Position numbers and translations under genes: made by a program. This document shows positions 53,201 through 64,000 of a DNA stretch of 64,000 nt, piece after piece. Numbering within the stretch: the first letter of the stretch is position 1; each line of letters starts with the position of its first letter. Under the pieces are notes generated by a model. It saw nothing but the letters and a program-made list of their open reading frames with translations. It was not told where the DNA came from and did no database searches. Origin of the DNA: Antedon mediterranea (lineage: Eukaryota; Animalia; Echinodermata); the NCBI RefSeq assembly GCF_964355755.1, contig NC_092677.1, positions 28,135,175 to 28,199,174 on the forward strand. Direction: 5' to 3'.

Positions 53201-56200
53201 TGGTATGACACAGTATCAAGTTGTTAGCTACAATACAATCTTATTCTTTCTGATTATTTCTATTTATGTAGTGGTATGACACTGTATCAAGTTGTTTGCT
53301 ACAATACAATCTTATTCTTTCTGATTATTTCTATTTATGTAGTGGTATGACACTGTATCAAGTTGTTTGCTACAATACAATCTTATTCTTTCTGATTATT
53401 TCTATTTATGTAGTGGTATGACACTGTATCAAGTTGTTTGCTACAATACAATCTTATTCTTTCTGATTATTTCTATTTATGTAGTGGTATGACACAGTAT
53501 CAAGTTGTTTGCTACAATACAATCTTATTCTTTCTCACTAGGGTGATTCAAGATACTTGATAACCAACTCAAAAGATCAAAGTATTAAACTTTGGGATTT
53601 AAGAAAGTTTGCTTCAAAGGACACCGTGGACCTAGCAAAGAAGGCAGTTGCGCAGCAGAGCTGGGACTATAGGTGGCAGCCTGTTCCAAGAAGATGTAAG
53701 ACTCAACATCTTTGAATAGGAATAGGGCCGTAGCCAGCATGATGCAGACGAGGCACAAGCCTCATCTGAAATTTTCAATTTTCACTACCAACCCAAATTC
53801 CCCAGCAGAGATCGTTAATTATATTTAAAGCATCTTTGCCTCATCTGTTTTTTACTTCTTGCTACGCCCTTGAGGGAGCTTTTGCCTTTTTTTTGTATAT
53901 ACCATATACTTTCACAGTAAAGAATTTCTTATACTTAGATTTCTGGCTGTTTAACTTTTAGTTTTGATCAAGCTTTTTGCTTATTTATATCTCCATTGTC
54001 ATTCCTTCAGTAACTATCCTTTTTATTTATATATATTTTAATAAATAAATTTCAGCCAATAGAAAGAAGATTATAAAGGATGACCCATCACTGATGACAT
54101 ATAGAGGTCATGCTGTTTTACAAACGCTAGTTCGTTCTTACTTCTCTCCAGTTTTTACTACCGGACAGGTAATGTTTTTTAAGTTGTGCTTTATAACTTA
54201 AAGCTCTGTCTACACTCTCAAACTAGTTAAAACAATGTGATGTGCCCAAATGTGGTAGTGATACACCCAAATGTGGTAGTGATATACCCAAATGTGGTAG
54301 TGATACACCCAAATGTGGTAGTGATACACCCAAATGTGGTAGTGATATACCCAAATGTGGTAGTGATATACTCAAATGTGGTAGTGATATACCCAAATGT
54401 GGTAGTGATATACCCAAATGTGGTAGTGATATACCCAAATGTGGTAGTGATATACCCAAATGTGGTAGTGATATACCCAAATGTGGTAGTGATATACTCA
54501 AATGTGGTAGTGATATACCCAAATGTGGTAGTGATATACCCAAATGTGGTAGTGATATACCCAAATGTGGTAGTGATATACCCAAATGTGGTAGTGATAC
54601 ACCCAAATGTGGTAGTGATATACCCAAATGTGGTAGTGATATACTCAAATGTGGTAGTGATATACCCAAATGTGGTAGTGATATACCCAAATGTGGTAGT
54701 GATATACCCAAATGTGGTAGTGATATACCCAAATGTGGTAGTGATACACCCAAATATGGTAGTGATATACCCAAATGTGGTAGTGATATACTCAAATGTG
54801 GTAGTGATATACCCAAATGTGGTAGTGATATACCCAAATGTGGTAGTGATATACTCAAATGTGGTAGTGATATACCCAAATGTGGTAGTGATATACCCAA
54901 ATGTGGTAGTGATATACCCAAATATGGTAGATGGGCACAATAATGCGTACATTTTGTAGATAGAGCTTTACATTATTCTGAATATTGCAACATTTTAAAC
55001 CAACATAAATGCTTGTTAAAAATAGTAAACACCTTAAATCTTTAATAATGTTCTTTCCAACTTAATACTGTACAATTATTTTGTGTAAAACAGTATGCTT
55101 TGTAGCATATGTACTATGCATAAATAAATGTAATCAGTTCATAAATAATTTATTTATAGCGGTATATCTACACTGGATGTGCAACCGGAGCTATTGTCAG
55201 TAAGTATATACTTTTGTAATTTTTAAAACTTTTATTTTCCACATTTTATAATGTGAATTTTATAATATTTTAACACACTTCATCATCATCATCATCATCA
55301 TCAAGATCATCATCATCAAGATCATCATCAAGATCATCATCATCAAGATCATCATCATCAAGATCATCATCATCAAGATCATCATCATCAAGATCATATA
55401 ATTAACTGAATCCATCATGAATAGAATTATGAAGTTAACTTTGTATTGCTTTAAAGTATACGACGTGCTGACAGGTCAGGTCGTGTCAAAATTGAAAGGT
55501 CATGAAGGATGTGTAAGAGATGTTTCCTGGCACCCATTTGACAATAACATTATTAGTACATCTGTAAGTACATTTATACATTTTTAATTTGTTTTATCAA
55601 AATTCCTTATGTACAAAATAAGCAAAATATCACTTTAATACCCTTTTCACATCTGCAAAATGTAACAACTTGTAACAAGTTGTAACCAGGTTTACATAGT
55701 GTGAAGAAAATTTTGTGGAAAATCTCCCCAAGATTTCACAGGGGTCCCTTGTGAAATCTTGGAAGAAAATCATACCTACAAAAGGCCTGTGTTTTTTTTC
55801 TCGAGATGTTCCCAGTTCTTACTGGTATTTACGGACCAATCATAGTAATCAAATAGCGCGCAACTATTCTTTCCTCCAGAGATTTCACAAGGTTTGTGTA
55901 TGCGTGTGTGAAAACATGTAATAAGTCGGGAGATCAAACCTTGTTACAAGTTGTGACAATTTATGCAGATGTGAAAAGGGTATAAGCCAGTGCCTTGTGA
56001 GGAGCCTCTGGGTGAAATAAAAAAAAACAAAAACAATCGTTACTTTACTCAACGTGAAGTTACTGCAGGCATTTAAGTACCTTTAATGTGTTAGTCTTTA
56101 TAGTCTAAGCCCATATTTAATGTTGATTTACAGTGGGATTCGACACATGGCCTTTGGGAATACTGCGGCCAAAAGCCTTATGACCGAGACGAACGTGAAC

Positions 56201-56301
56201 GAGAACTTGGGGAAAGTGACGATGATAGCGATGATGATAATGACGATATGAAATCATCTGCTAGTAGAAGACTTAGAGTAACTTCTGTTCTAGACCTATA
56301 G
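47140..56301 (+). CDS. DCAF11: DDB1- and CUL4-associated factor 11 (WDR23), WD40 substrate receptor, 15 coding exons, 532 aa
   Basis: Exons 47140-47261, 47887-47972, 48784-48815, 49204-49299, 49655-49716, 50018-50221, 50885-50928, 51023-51149, 51373-51430, 51930-52115, 53542-53695, 54056-54168, 55160-55199, 55457-55563 and 56134-56301 total 1599 nt and are phase-consistent. Peptides match recalled DCAF11: MGSR..VLAYLLR, FLPN, FCGSYSKDGTVFMSACQD, YSSWSD, KVWDRR, KDQSIKLWDLRK, WDYRW, MTYRGHAVLQTL, CVRDVSWHP. Confidence 0.96.
47887..47972 (+). CDS. DCAF11: DCAF11 exon 2
   Basis: ttcag|T...GAAG|gtagc; GRLQFTGHVRHFDDDYSE. Confidence 0.8.
48784..48815 (+). CDS. DCAF11: DCAF11 exon 3 (32-nt)
   Basis: tatag|CT...GAT|gtaagt; DLNPDTSKID (compare human DATPDTRELE, from memory). 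Confidence 0.78.
48858..49016. mobile_element. MITE family B copy in DCAF11 intron 3
   Basis: TCTGTCTACACTATCAAACT...CACTACCATATTTGGGCA. Confidence 0.65.
49204..49299 (+). CDS. DCAF11: DCAF11 exon 4
   Basis: ttcag|AGT...AAG|gtgaga; SSDYKQEVLQ...KSIPKTLLK. Confidence 0.8.
49655..49716 (+). CDS. DCAF11: DCAF11 exon 5
   Basis: ttcag|AGA...CTAG|gtaatt; RTYDDSRTGFTRRDKCAIVS. Confidence 0.85.
50018..50221 (+). CDS. DCAF11: DCAF11 exon 6
   Basis: FLPNRMKVLKSYNSKVFCGSYSKDG...ARDIGWSIIDTAY. Confidence 0.95.
50243..50620. repeat. 21-bp minisatellite (TAAGGTACCTGGATAATGTAT)n with higher-order units
   Basis: Directly visible in DCAF11 intron 6. Confidence 0.85.
50700..50806. mobile_element. MITE family B partial copy in DCAF11 intron 6
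   Basis: ATGGTAGTGAT...CATATTTGGGCACATCAC...TTTGATAGTGTA. Confidence 0.55.
50885..50928 (+). CDS. DCAF11: DCAF11 exon 7
   Basis: PDGCYLIYSSWSDK; GT-AG boundaries in phase. Confidence 0.93.
51023..51149 (+). CDS. DCAF11: DCAF11 exon 8
   Basis: HLCNIYGDYETHTALEL...FSNDNREVLAG. Confidence 0.93.
51373..51430 (+). CDS. DCAF11: DCAF11 exon 9
   Basis: ANDGCIYVYDREKAERILK. Confidence 0.93.
51630..51904. mobile_element. MITE family B copy with internal insertion in DCAF11 intron 9
   Basis: TCTGTCTACAATATCAAACT...TTTGATTGTGTGGACAGAG. Confidence 0.55.
51930..52115 (+). CDS. DCAF11: DCAF11 exon 10
   Basis: IDAHADD...YSGADDGMCKVWDRR...LAGHTDGLTFVDSK (WDxR motif). Confidence 0.95.
52256..53535. repeat. 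71-bp minisatellite x18 in DCAF11 intron 10
   Basis: CTGATTATTTCTATTTATGTAGTGGTATGACACTGTATCAAGTTGTTAGCTACAATACAATCTTATTCTTT. Confidence 0.97.
53542..53695 (+). CDS. DCAF11: DCAF11 exon 11
   Basis: GDSRYLITNSKDQSIKLWDLRKF...WDYRWQPVP. Confidence 0.95.
53723..53872. mobile_element. hAT-like MITE remnant in DCAF11 intron 11
   Basis: TAGGGCCGTAGCCAG...TTGCTACGCCCTTG. Confidence 0.5.
54056..54168 (+). CDS. DCAF11: DCAF11 exon 12
   Basis: DPSLMTYRGHAVLQTLVRSYFSPVFTTGQ. Confidence 0.94.
54202..54967. repeat. MITE family B with internal 21-bp minisatellite expanded to ~33 copies
   Basis: Left TIR AGCTCTGTCTACAC; (CCCAAATGTGGTAGTGATATA)n from 54245 to 54930; right end GTAGATAGAGCT. Confidence 0.9.
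55160..55199 (+). CDS. DCAF11: DCAF11 exon 13
   Basis: RYIYTGCATGAIV. Confidence 0.92.
55279..55397. repeat. (ATC)n microsatellite with periodic AAG interruptions
   Basis: Directly visible. Confidence 0.9.
55457..55563 (+). CDS. DCAF11: DCAF11 exon 14
   Basis: AAG acceptor; YDVLTGQVVSKLKGHEGCVRDVSWHPFDNNIISTS. Confidence 0.93.
55639..55982. mobile_element. Harbinger-like MITE family C
   Basis: TIR TACCCTTTTCACATCTGCA...TGCAGATGTGAAAAGGGTA with TSD TAA/TAA. Confidence 0.8.
56134..56301 (+). CDS. DCAF11: DCAF11 exon 15 (terminal)
   Basis: WDSTHGLWEY, acidic tail, ...VLDL*; AATAAA at 56398-56403. Confidence 0.9.
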   Translation, partial: WDSTHGLWEYCGQKPYDRDERERELGESDDDSDDDNDDMKSSASRRLRVTSVLDL

Positions 56302-57639
56302 TGAGATATTCATGTAAGTAACAATTTATTACCCATTTTATGTTCTGTCAATGGATGTCACTGTTTATTATTTATAGTGCATTTTATTTACATAATGAAT
56401 AAAAATGCAGTAAATTGTGTTTTCCTAGACAATGTGCTTCTTTAAATGGAGGTGCTACCATCAAATAAGGTTTACATTATAAGTATGTTAAACCATTATA
56501 TTTTATCAGGTCAATTGGATTTCTTGTTTGAAATGTGCTTCCATCACAACGCTCAGTTATTTCTATCATCATGGTCATTCTCCTACACTGGCATCTGATT
56601 GGCCAATTCTATCAACGTTCTTAAATACCATTCTATCACCATGATAAAATTTGGATTGTATTTACCTGGCAAATTCTAACAACATAAAAATCAACTGTGT
56701 TGTTTTGCGAACGCTCTGTTTACAGTGTGGTATGACGTCACCTCTGTGTGGTTGAGGGCGCTGTGTTTCACTGCAATTGTTGTTGACGGCGCTGTGTTTC
56801 ACTGCATTTTTTGGGTGATGGGTGGCGGATTGTTGGTCCAGTTTCTTGTTTAAATTTCGTAGATTGTAGTAAAGTCAGAGATACTTTAACCTTTAACCTA
56901 AAAACATTCAAACTAGTTCAGTGTTTGTATGACTACAAAAAATGACTAAAATTCTCTAATAAGCTCACATATACAAAGCATTAATCACCAGCTAATCCCT
57001 TTTTCTAAAAAACACAATCATAGTCATTTTATAAAACCGCGTGTTTATTCTTTCTTTTGTAACCTGATTCACTTATGTAATTCATTCAGTTATGATGACA
57101 TATCATATTTGATAGATTTATTAAACCACTATGTATACCCTACATATGTAGGTTTATGCTGTAGTTCACCTCGGCATACATCATTCTTGAGAGTTTTATC
57201 CAATTACCACGTTGTCAATGTTTTCATACTACAGTATACAGACAATGTATTCTCATTCACAATAGTGAATATAAATATGTTGTAACCTAAAGTGTTTTTG
57301 TTGTTAGGATTGCAATGCCCTCATACTATTGATATGAGCTAATTGCTATCGGGTATAATTGGTTTCACTAAAAGAAATTTCTGAAATAAAAACAAATTAT
57401 TTATTATTTTTACATTCATGGTTATTTGAAACAAACCACATAACCTTTTAGTTATTGCATTTACATAATTACATATTACCCCATCATATTGCATATTACC
57501 CCATCATAACAATATAGATGCATATTGTTCACGCTGCAATCAAATGTTTTTATATTTAACTTTAATGAGATGATAATATCTTCTATCGCGTCGAGAATAA
57601 AAAAATAATATTATTGTTAATGGTAATAATAATTGCATT

Positions 57640-57798
57640 ATGCTTGGTTTCCACGAGAGATGGAACGCAAGGACGTAAGTACAATCTAAGTGACTTGACC
57701 AATCAGAAGCGATAGATTATTCAAACTGTCGCTTGTCATTGGTCAACTCGTTTGCATTACGTTACGTCATTGTGTCTATAGTGGGTGGGTACCACGCT
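57640..57798. mobile_element. MITE family A copy
   Basis: GCTTGGTTTCCAC...GACCAATC...GTCATTGGTCAACTC. Confidence 0.65.
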
Positions 57799-58980
57799 TT
57801 ATGTCAAAGCCTCACTGCCTAAAACTAAAAATGCCAGATAAGACAAATGTTTACAAAGTTGAATTTGTTTTAATTGTATTTTATGACAATAATGTAAAGT
57901 GATTTTGTAAATAATGAAATATATAACATGAATCACATAAGGTTAGTGTCTTGATCGATAATTCTCAATTACGTAGGATTGTTGTCATTGTAAATAAGAA
58001 AAGAGTTCACTTACCAGGAATCTGTACAGTTTTTAGCATTTAAATTATTATTCGCTGTCTATGAGGATTAGTATGTATTTTTCCCTAAATTCGTTAGGTT
58101 GTGTTGCTAACAATGTTCGAGTTGATGTACGACGCGTGTTGGTACGTGAGGTTGATAATACCTTAATTCTTGTTAACAAATCAATAAAAACATATCTAAT
58201 TTCAATAGCGTTTGATTTCAATCATTTAATAAATGTACCAACATAACTGAAATAACAGCATATAACAATACATGAACACAAATAAATGATCCAGCTAATA
58301 AAAGACAACGTCGGATCGATGGCGCTTCACAAAATGAGGTTACTTATTAAGTGAATTTTGTAATAAAAAAAAAATCTTTTACCTTTGGTTGTTTTTTGTT
58401 ACAAAAAAATCAATAAAATTGTGAAGAATTGTTTCGTGGATGTAAACAACAGTTCATCTAATCGATTTTGGAAGAGATTTTTTCAGGGTGATTGACCATA
58501 TTGCAATAATGATAAGAGACAAACAAGCGATTCTCCGCATTCCTAAGTCCTCTACTTATGTCGCGTGTTTTATACTGATGAAATTCATGCTTGCATTTGA
58601 TCGTATTTGGACGAGACGAGTAGATACAATCTGATTTTTAAAATATCACATACAATCTGTTGAGTGGTAAGCTGAAAAAAAAAGCAAATATTGAAAGATT
58701 TAATATAATATAATATTTAATTAAAACATACATAAGAATTGTTATTGATTGATATAGCAACACTCTCTGGGTGCTTCAATGCTTTTATGTACTTGAAATC
58801 CTTTGGTATACCCTTCCATTTCAACTTGTGACGTTGCAATACTTAATTTGTTTTAACATAACATCATCCTAAACCACTACAACAAAGCATTGCTATTGAA
58901 AATAAAGAAAAACATTTGGTTCGATCATTCCTTGATTGTTTCACTTTAAAAAAACAACATATCTTATTTAATAACGAGTT

Positions 58981-59100
58981 ATTTACGACCATACTGCGTT
59001 GAAACACCTGTTTTTGTACGAGCACTGAAGTTAAGCAGCGTTGGGCCCAGTTGTGTTCTGGATTGGAGACCGCCTTGGATCGCGTCGGGTGGTGTATAGA
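58981..59100 (+). pseudogene. 5S rRNA-derived segment (SINE head, not a functional rRNA gene)
   Basis: Colinear with metazoan 5S rRNA but with many substitutions and no oligo-T terminator; runs directly into the SINE body. Confidence 0.75.
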
Positions 59101-59415
59101 GTGATAGTGTAATAATAATATCGAACTAGCATGTGATAGGCATGGGTTCGAGCTTATCTGTACCATCTATTCTCATTTTCCCATCCTGCGGATGGGATGT
59201 AAAACCGTTGATCCTGTGTACATATAGTACACGTTAAAGAACTTGTTACACTATTCGAAAAGAGTAGGGGATCGTCTCCCGGTGTGCTGACCTGGTAGGC
59301 GCTGCACTGCTGGCTGTCGTGTGTCCGTGGAGGGCCTAATTCGAATTTCCTAAGTTTCCAGTTAAGCTTGAGGTCCACGAATAAATACATTTACATTTTT
59401 ACATTTATTTTATTT
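58981..59415 (+). mobile_element. 5S rRNA-headed Deu-domain SINE (SINE3/AmnSINE1-like architecture)
   Basis: 58981-59100 is a diverged 5S rRNA (ACGACCATAC...GAAGTTAAGCAGCGTTGGGCC...GGAGACCGCC). It is followed by B-box-like GGGTTCGAGC at ~59144, a Deu-like core (GGATGGGATGTAAAACCG...CACGTTAAAGAAC...AAGAGTAGGGG...CCCGGTGT) and an AATAAA+(TACATT)n tail. Confidence 0.8.
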
Positions 59416-60030
59416 GTGGATACTTAATCGTTTAGAAATTTACGAGTAACTTTAAACTTTAAAACACGGTTATCGTCAAAATATCCCTGACTAATGTGTG
59501 TTCGCAAATGTCGGTGGCGTGGGCCTCAATTATAAGCAAATAGGCGAATGTCAATATTATTTAGTGGTTGACATTGAGGCTACGTACTAATTGAGATAGT
59601 AATATCTCCGGTATAAGTATGGTAGCTAATTTAGTTGTGGCAGAGTCTGCAATTGGTACATGATTCAGTGAGTTACTGTTGTATGTAGAATTCCAATTTA
59701 AATGGAATACTAACTAAACGTATATTAGATATTTTAGTTACAACAACTTATAGAATAGCAATATTATGGTTGTGTATTGAAATAGATTTATGTACACTTA
59801 ATGATAGATTGCTTATACATGACTAAGTCATTGCGTGGCTCTCCTTCCTTTTTTAATTTTCATGTTGTGAATTATTATGTTTCTCTCATAATTTTCAATT
59901 TTTCATAAACACATATTTTAGATTTGTTCGTGCTTAGCTATCATCAGTTGATTAATCATTTCTGTATATTATTTTTATACTAAAGGTTTGTTAATTTTGT
60001 CTTTTGATTATATACTTTTATTAATTTTGC

Positions 60031-60409
60031 TGCTTAGGCTATTGTTATTTTGCTTAGGCTATTGTTATTTTGCTTAGGCTATTGTTATTTTGCTTAGGCT
60101 ATTGTTATTTTGCTTAGGCTATTGTTATTTTGCTTAGGCTATTGTTATTTTGCTTAGGCTATTGTTATTTTGCTTAGGCTATTGTTATTTTGCTTAGGCT
60201 ATTGTTATTTTGCTTAGGCTATTGTTATTTTGCTTAGGCTATTGTTATTTTGCTTAGGCTATTGTTATTTTGCTTAGGCTATTGTTATTTTGCTTAGGCT
60301 ATTGTTATTTTGCTTAGGCTATTGTTATTTTGCTTAGGCTATTGTTATTTTGCTTAGGCTACTGTTATTTTGCTTAGGCTATTGTTATTTTGCTTAGGCT
60401 ATTGTTATT
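60031..60409. repeat. 20-bp minisatellite x19
   Basis: TGCTTAGGCTATTGTTATTT, almost invariant. Confidence 0.97.
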
Positions 60410-62980
60410 ACTAATACATTCTGTGTCAGATAGATTATTAGTTATCCGCAATATGCGGATAACTCATTGTTATTGTATTGAATCATCTTTTGTTTGTATT
60501 ATTCTTCTTTCTTTCTTTCTTCCTTTATGCGAGTCACGTTTCTCTGAAACGTTTAAACAGAACATATCATAACGTTTGTCAACATGCCCACATTTACGTA
60601 AACTTGTGTACATCCTATTTTTGCAACGTGACTTGCGCGCGATTCTATGAATTTCAATTGATCATAGATTAAAAACCAAAAGTAATATTATTTTAAGTAT
60701 ACTAAAAGTTTGTTTTATGTTTTTGATTACTTTTATTTTATTAATTTTGTTTGGATCAGTTATTAGCATTAAATTCTTTGTCAGAGATTATATTCTTGTT
60801 ATTTTAGTAAAACCTCTTGTATATGTTCTTATTAGTAGTATTATTTTGACCAAACCTTTGGATCGTTACCTGAAATACAATATTCAACTTCAATTTAATT
60901 TTAAGTATAGGTTCATTTTTCTCCAGCTGGTCAGCAGCGAATTTAAAATAAGAACAACAAACTTGATTATATTTGAGTGCCTGTTATTTAAGATGACTCT
61001 ATCGTGTCCTCGGGCAAATTTACAAGAAAGTCCTGCAAATTTCCAAGAGCAAGAAAGGGTTAAAAATTCGTTACTTTTATCAGAACATTTTAGTTAATAT
61101 TTCTGGCCAAGATACAACTAGATTACGTGGCAAATATTTGTTATGTCAGGTGTGTTAATATAATCTCGATAGAAAAGTTTAGGGCATAAGGTATCTCAGC
61201 ATCCGTAAGGTTTATGGTCAAACAGCATAGGGTCAGTTTAGGTGGTTAATATAGTTTTCTGACGACTTCTAGAGAATTGGGCCATGCGACTGCTGTAAAT
61301 ATTAGGCCTAGTGTTTGTGTACAGCACAGTCGAATCTGAGTTATTACATTTATACATCTCTTTATAATTCTTACTTGTTTCTATCGAATTGTGTAAGATT
61401 ATTTTGTTTAATATATGGGTGATGTTCATCTCTCATCAAAATATGCTTGCAAAATTAGGTTAGCACGACTGACCGATGATGTTTGTAGCCCCTTTAGACC
61501 GTAGGATGAGTGGAGAAGCCCACAAAGATTGTATTCTATATAGCAATACTGTAGCAACAATCAATTCATTTAACTACCGTAAGTGAAACTGTGCTAGTAT
61601 TTAAATGGCAGGATATTCTGAAACGATTCTTTCTCTTTGCCTTCTCAACGTCTCAGCGTCTCCTAGTCTAATGTCAAAGTAATATTGTGTCCGTTAAATG
61701 TTTAACACGGTGACATTAACAAATATATTTTATTATTTATGAATAATGTTATTATGACAGTGTTGAAGATAGATATGGGCGTTGGTTGGTGTACTTTTGT
61801 TTAGAAACAAAAACCAGAACCATGCTGCCACTACTTAGAAAACATACTAACTCGTTTTGCTCATAAAAAAAATGAACATGAATTGTAATTCTCGTGTACA
61901 TAATGTAGATAATTAGGCTGCCTCTTTTAAATACAACAATTGTTATGTCTGTCTGTATAATGTGTGTAAATAGATAATTATTCACAGTAACTATCAGTTC
62001 CCAATACTATTTATAACTAATTACACTTTTACCAACTTACCTTACTAGTTTAATCAAGGTGGGAGTTCAAAAAGAAAATGTTGTCTTTAAAATGTGTACA
62101 TTATGATTAAGTCGCTAATGTACAGCCTTCTGAATCATTATATATTGTAAATATTACAATATTGTTTTAGTTATTTATCTCTTGATAATAAATTGGAAAT
62201 GGAAATTGATTGCGCTTGGCTGCCGAGGCTGCTTATCGGATGATTTGCTAAATCTCTACTATTCGTTTTTGTGTAAAACGTCATTAGGTCCATCGCTATA
62301 CGCTTGTTTAATAGTGTGTTTGGTACAACGTACAGTGTTTACTATTTGAATTTACCGTACATTTAGCATAATATTTTTTATTCTACTGAAACGGACAACT
62401 TAACGGTACACCACTTAAATGTTCCCCCTATTGACACACTGTGCACAATCTCGCCCTTCAACGTCATCACAAAGCTAACGAGCTCGTCCACATTTATAAG
62501 GTCTCGTGTGTGTTGTTTTCACAAACCGACATTTGGACCATTACACTTATTTTGTGACAATTAGGGCATCATTACCACCTACAGACGGTAAAAGAAAGAT
62601 GGTGAAAATATAATGATTGTGCTATTTCTGTCGAAACCTAAACTAACATAAGTTATTGACGATTCGGCAATTAAAGGCCGCTTTGATTTGGTCACTTGAT
62701 TTATGGAACATTATTGAAATTCAATTTGTGCTCATAAACATAATTATTTTATTTTAGGATTCAATTCACCAAAGCCTACATTGCTGTAATTTATTGATAT
62801 CGCATTGATACAGATACAATGCGATTCATTTTTGTATAGGCCTACCATATAAAATGGTTTTAACTTAAGAACGTTACTTAAAAACGTGAAATTTACGTTA
62901 CTTATGATTAATTAATGTATTTATTAAAATATGATTTCTCATCGAGTGCAATTAAAGCGAAGATTTAACACGTGATGCGT

Positions 62981-63170
62981 TTAAGCTTGGTACCCACTTT
63001 TAAACGCACAGTGTGCGACGTACGCGCGAGTCGTGATTTGTTGCGCGCGTTTAAGCTTGGTACCCACCTTTAAACGCACAGTGCGCGACAGTTCGGATGA
63101 TCTATTTGTCGAGTCGTGATTTGTTGCGCGCGTACGAACAACGTGTTTCGTCCAATGACAAGCAAGCTTT
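62981..63170. mobile_element. MITE family A-related copy with duplicated left end
   Basis: TTAAGCTTGGTACCCAC..TAAACGCACAGTG occurs twice (62981, 63051). Confidence 0.5.
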
Positions 63171-64000
63171 GCGACCGGTATTAGATATGTGTTGAACTTC
63201 GAAATCCGGAAAAACTACAACAAATTACAATTATGAAAAAAATTATAATTACCGTACTGTACTTCATTAAAAGGGAAATGTAGTACGCATCATGAAAAAT
63301 AATTGTGTACGATTGTTCGGACGTTATTATACAGATTTCTATACAGTTACTGTTAAAAAGGAAGTAGGCCGGAAATAAAAGTATGCCACAATAGCAAGTA
63401 GTAGGCCAGCATATCAAGTAGGCCAGAATAGCATTGCTATTAGAATTAAATTAACTTACAAATCCAAATAATTAAGTAATTATAATTATGTCAATTAGTC
63501 TTGTAAGATTTTCGATCACCCAAATTTTAATCTAAAACGGATCTTATCGACTTTCATCTAAAATCGCATTATATGCAGTCAGATGTTATTAAAAGTGTTT
63601 CCTCAATATCTAGTTTTGTTAAATGAAATAATTTTGCTTTGTATACGAACGATAGTTTTTTTGAAGTGGTTTGATTATGTATATTAAGACATTTGTGAAT
63701 TCATTCGGGTCTTACTAACGTGTTGTGTATACACACACTTTGATGATACCAAAATAGACGTTGCTAAGGTCAAACAGATACGTTGCTAGCGTGTAAATTA
63801 ACGACACAAAGTAGCTTTAATGTCCATGATTATTATAAATACAACAAAACCGATGCCGATAATACTCAGAATATTGAGTGCACAGCGCTCACTACTTAAA
63901 ATTAATAAAAGAAAATCTTGATTCTGTGCAATCTAATTCGTCACTGACACCACAAACGTGAAGGCTTATAGTTTGAAGCGCGCGATTACAATGCACATAT

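Noticed and set aside
54223-54959. Four 230-240 aa ORFs
   Set aside because: They arise from a stop-free 21-bp minisatellite inside a MITE in DCAF11 intron 12
58981-59100. Functional 5S rRNA gene
   Set aside because: Diverged, lacks a T-run terminator and is fused to a SINE body
60717-61097. 126-aa hydrophobic ORF
   Set aside because: F/I/L bias expected from T-rich DNA; no recognisable motif or splice support
58008-62610. Scattered minus-strand splice signals and short frames (MLKTVQIP|gtaagt at ~58014; frames near 60870, 61295 and 62400-62580)
   Set aside because: They could not be joined into a coherent or recognisable protein; a gene here cannot be excluded without RNA data

Overview
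AT-rich eukaryotic (metazoan) genomic DNA. It is probably from a marine invertebrate deuterostome such as an echinoderm, which is an inference from the repeat content and gene structure. Two intact spliced genes on the + strand can be reconstructed by hand with phase-consistent GT-AG introns. The first is a mitochondrial-clan cytochrome P450 (9 coding exons, 40079-45480, 543 aa). The second is DCAF11/WDR23 (15 coding exons, 47140-56301, 532 aa). I found no recognisable protein-coding gene in the first ~39 kb. That stretch holds two canonical TATA+Inr promoters (~6.0 kb and ~33.9 kb), clusters of nuclear-receptor elements (IR1, DR3, RORE, NR5A) and many CRE palindromes, and may be the regulatory domain of the P450. 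The remainder is repeats: two abundant Harbinger-like MITE families that repeatedly seed tandem arrays, several other TIR elements, a 2.3-kb CACTA-like element, a tRNA-derived SINE, a chimeric 5S/tRNA/Deu-domain SINE and several minisatellites. Most long ORFs in the supplied track are artefacts of tandem repeats. All coordinates were read by eye and no database searches were run.
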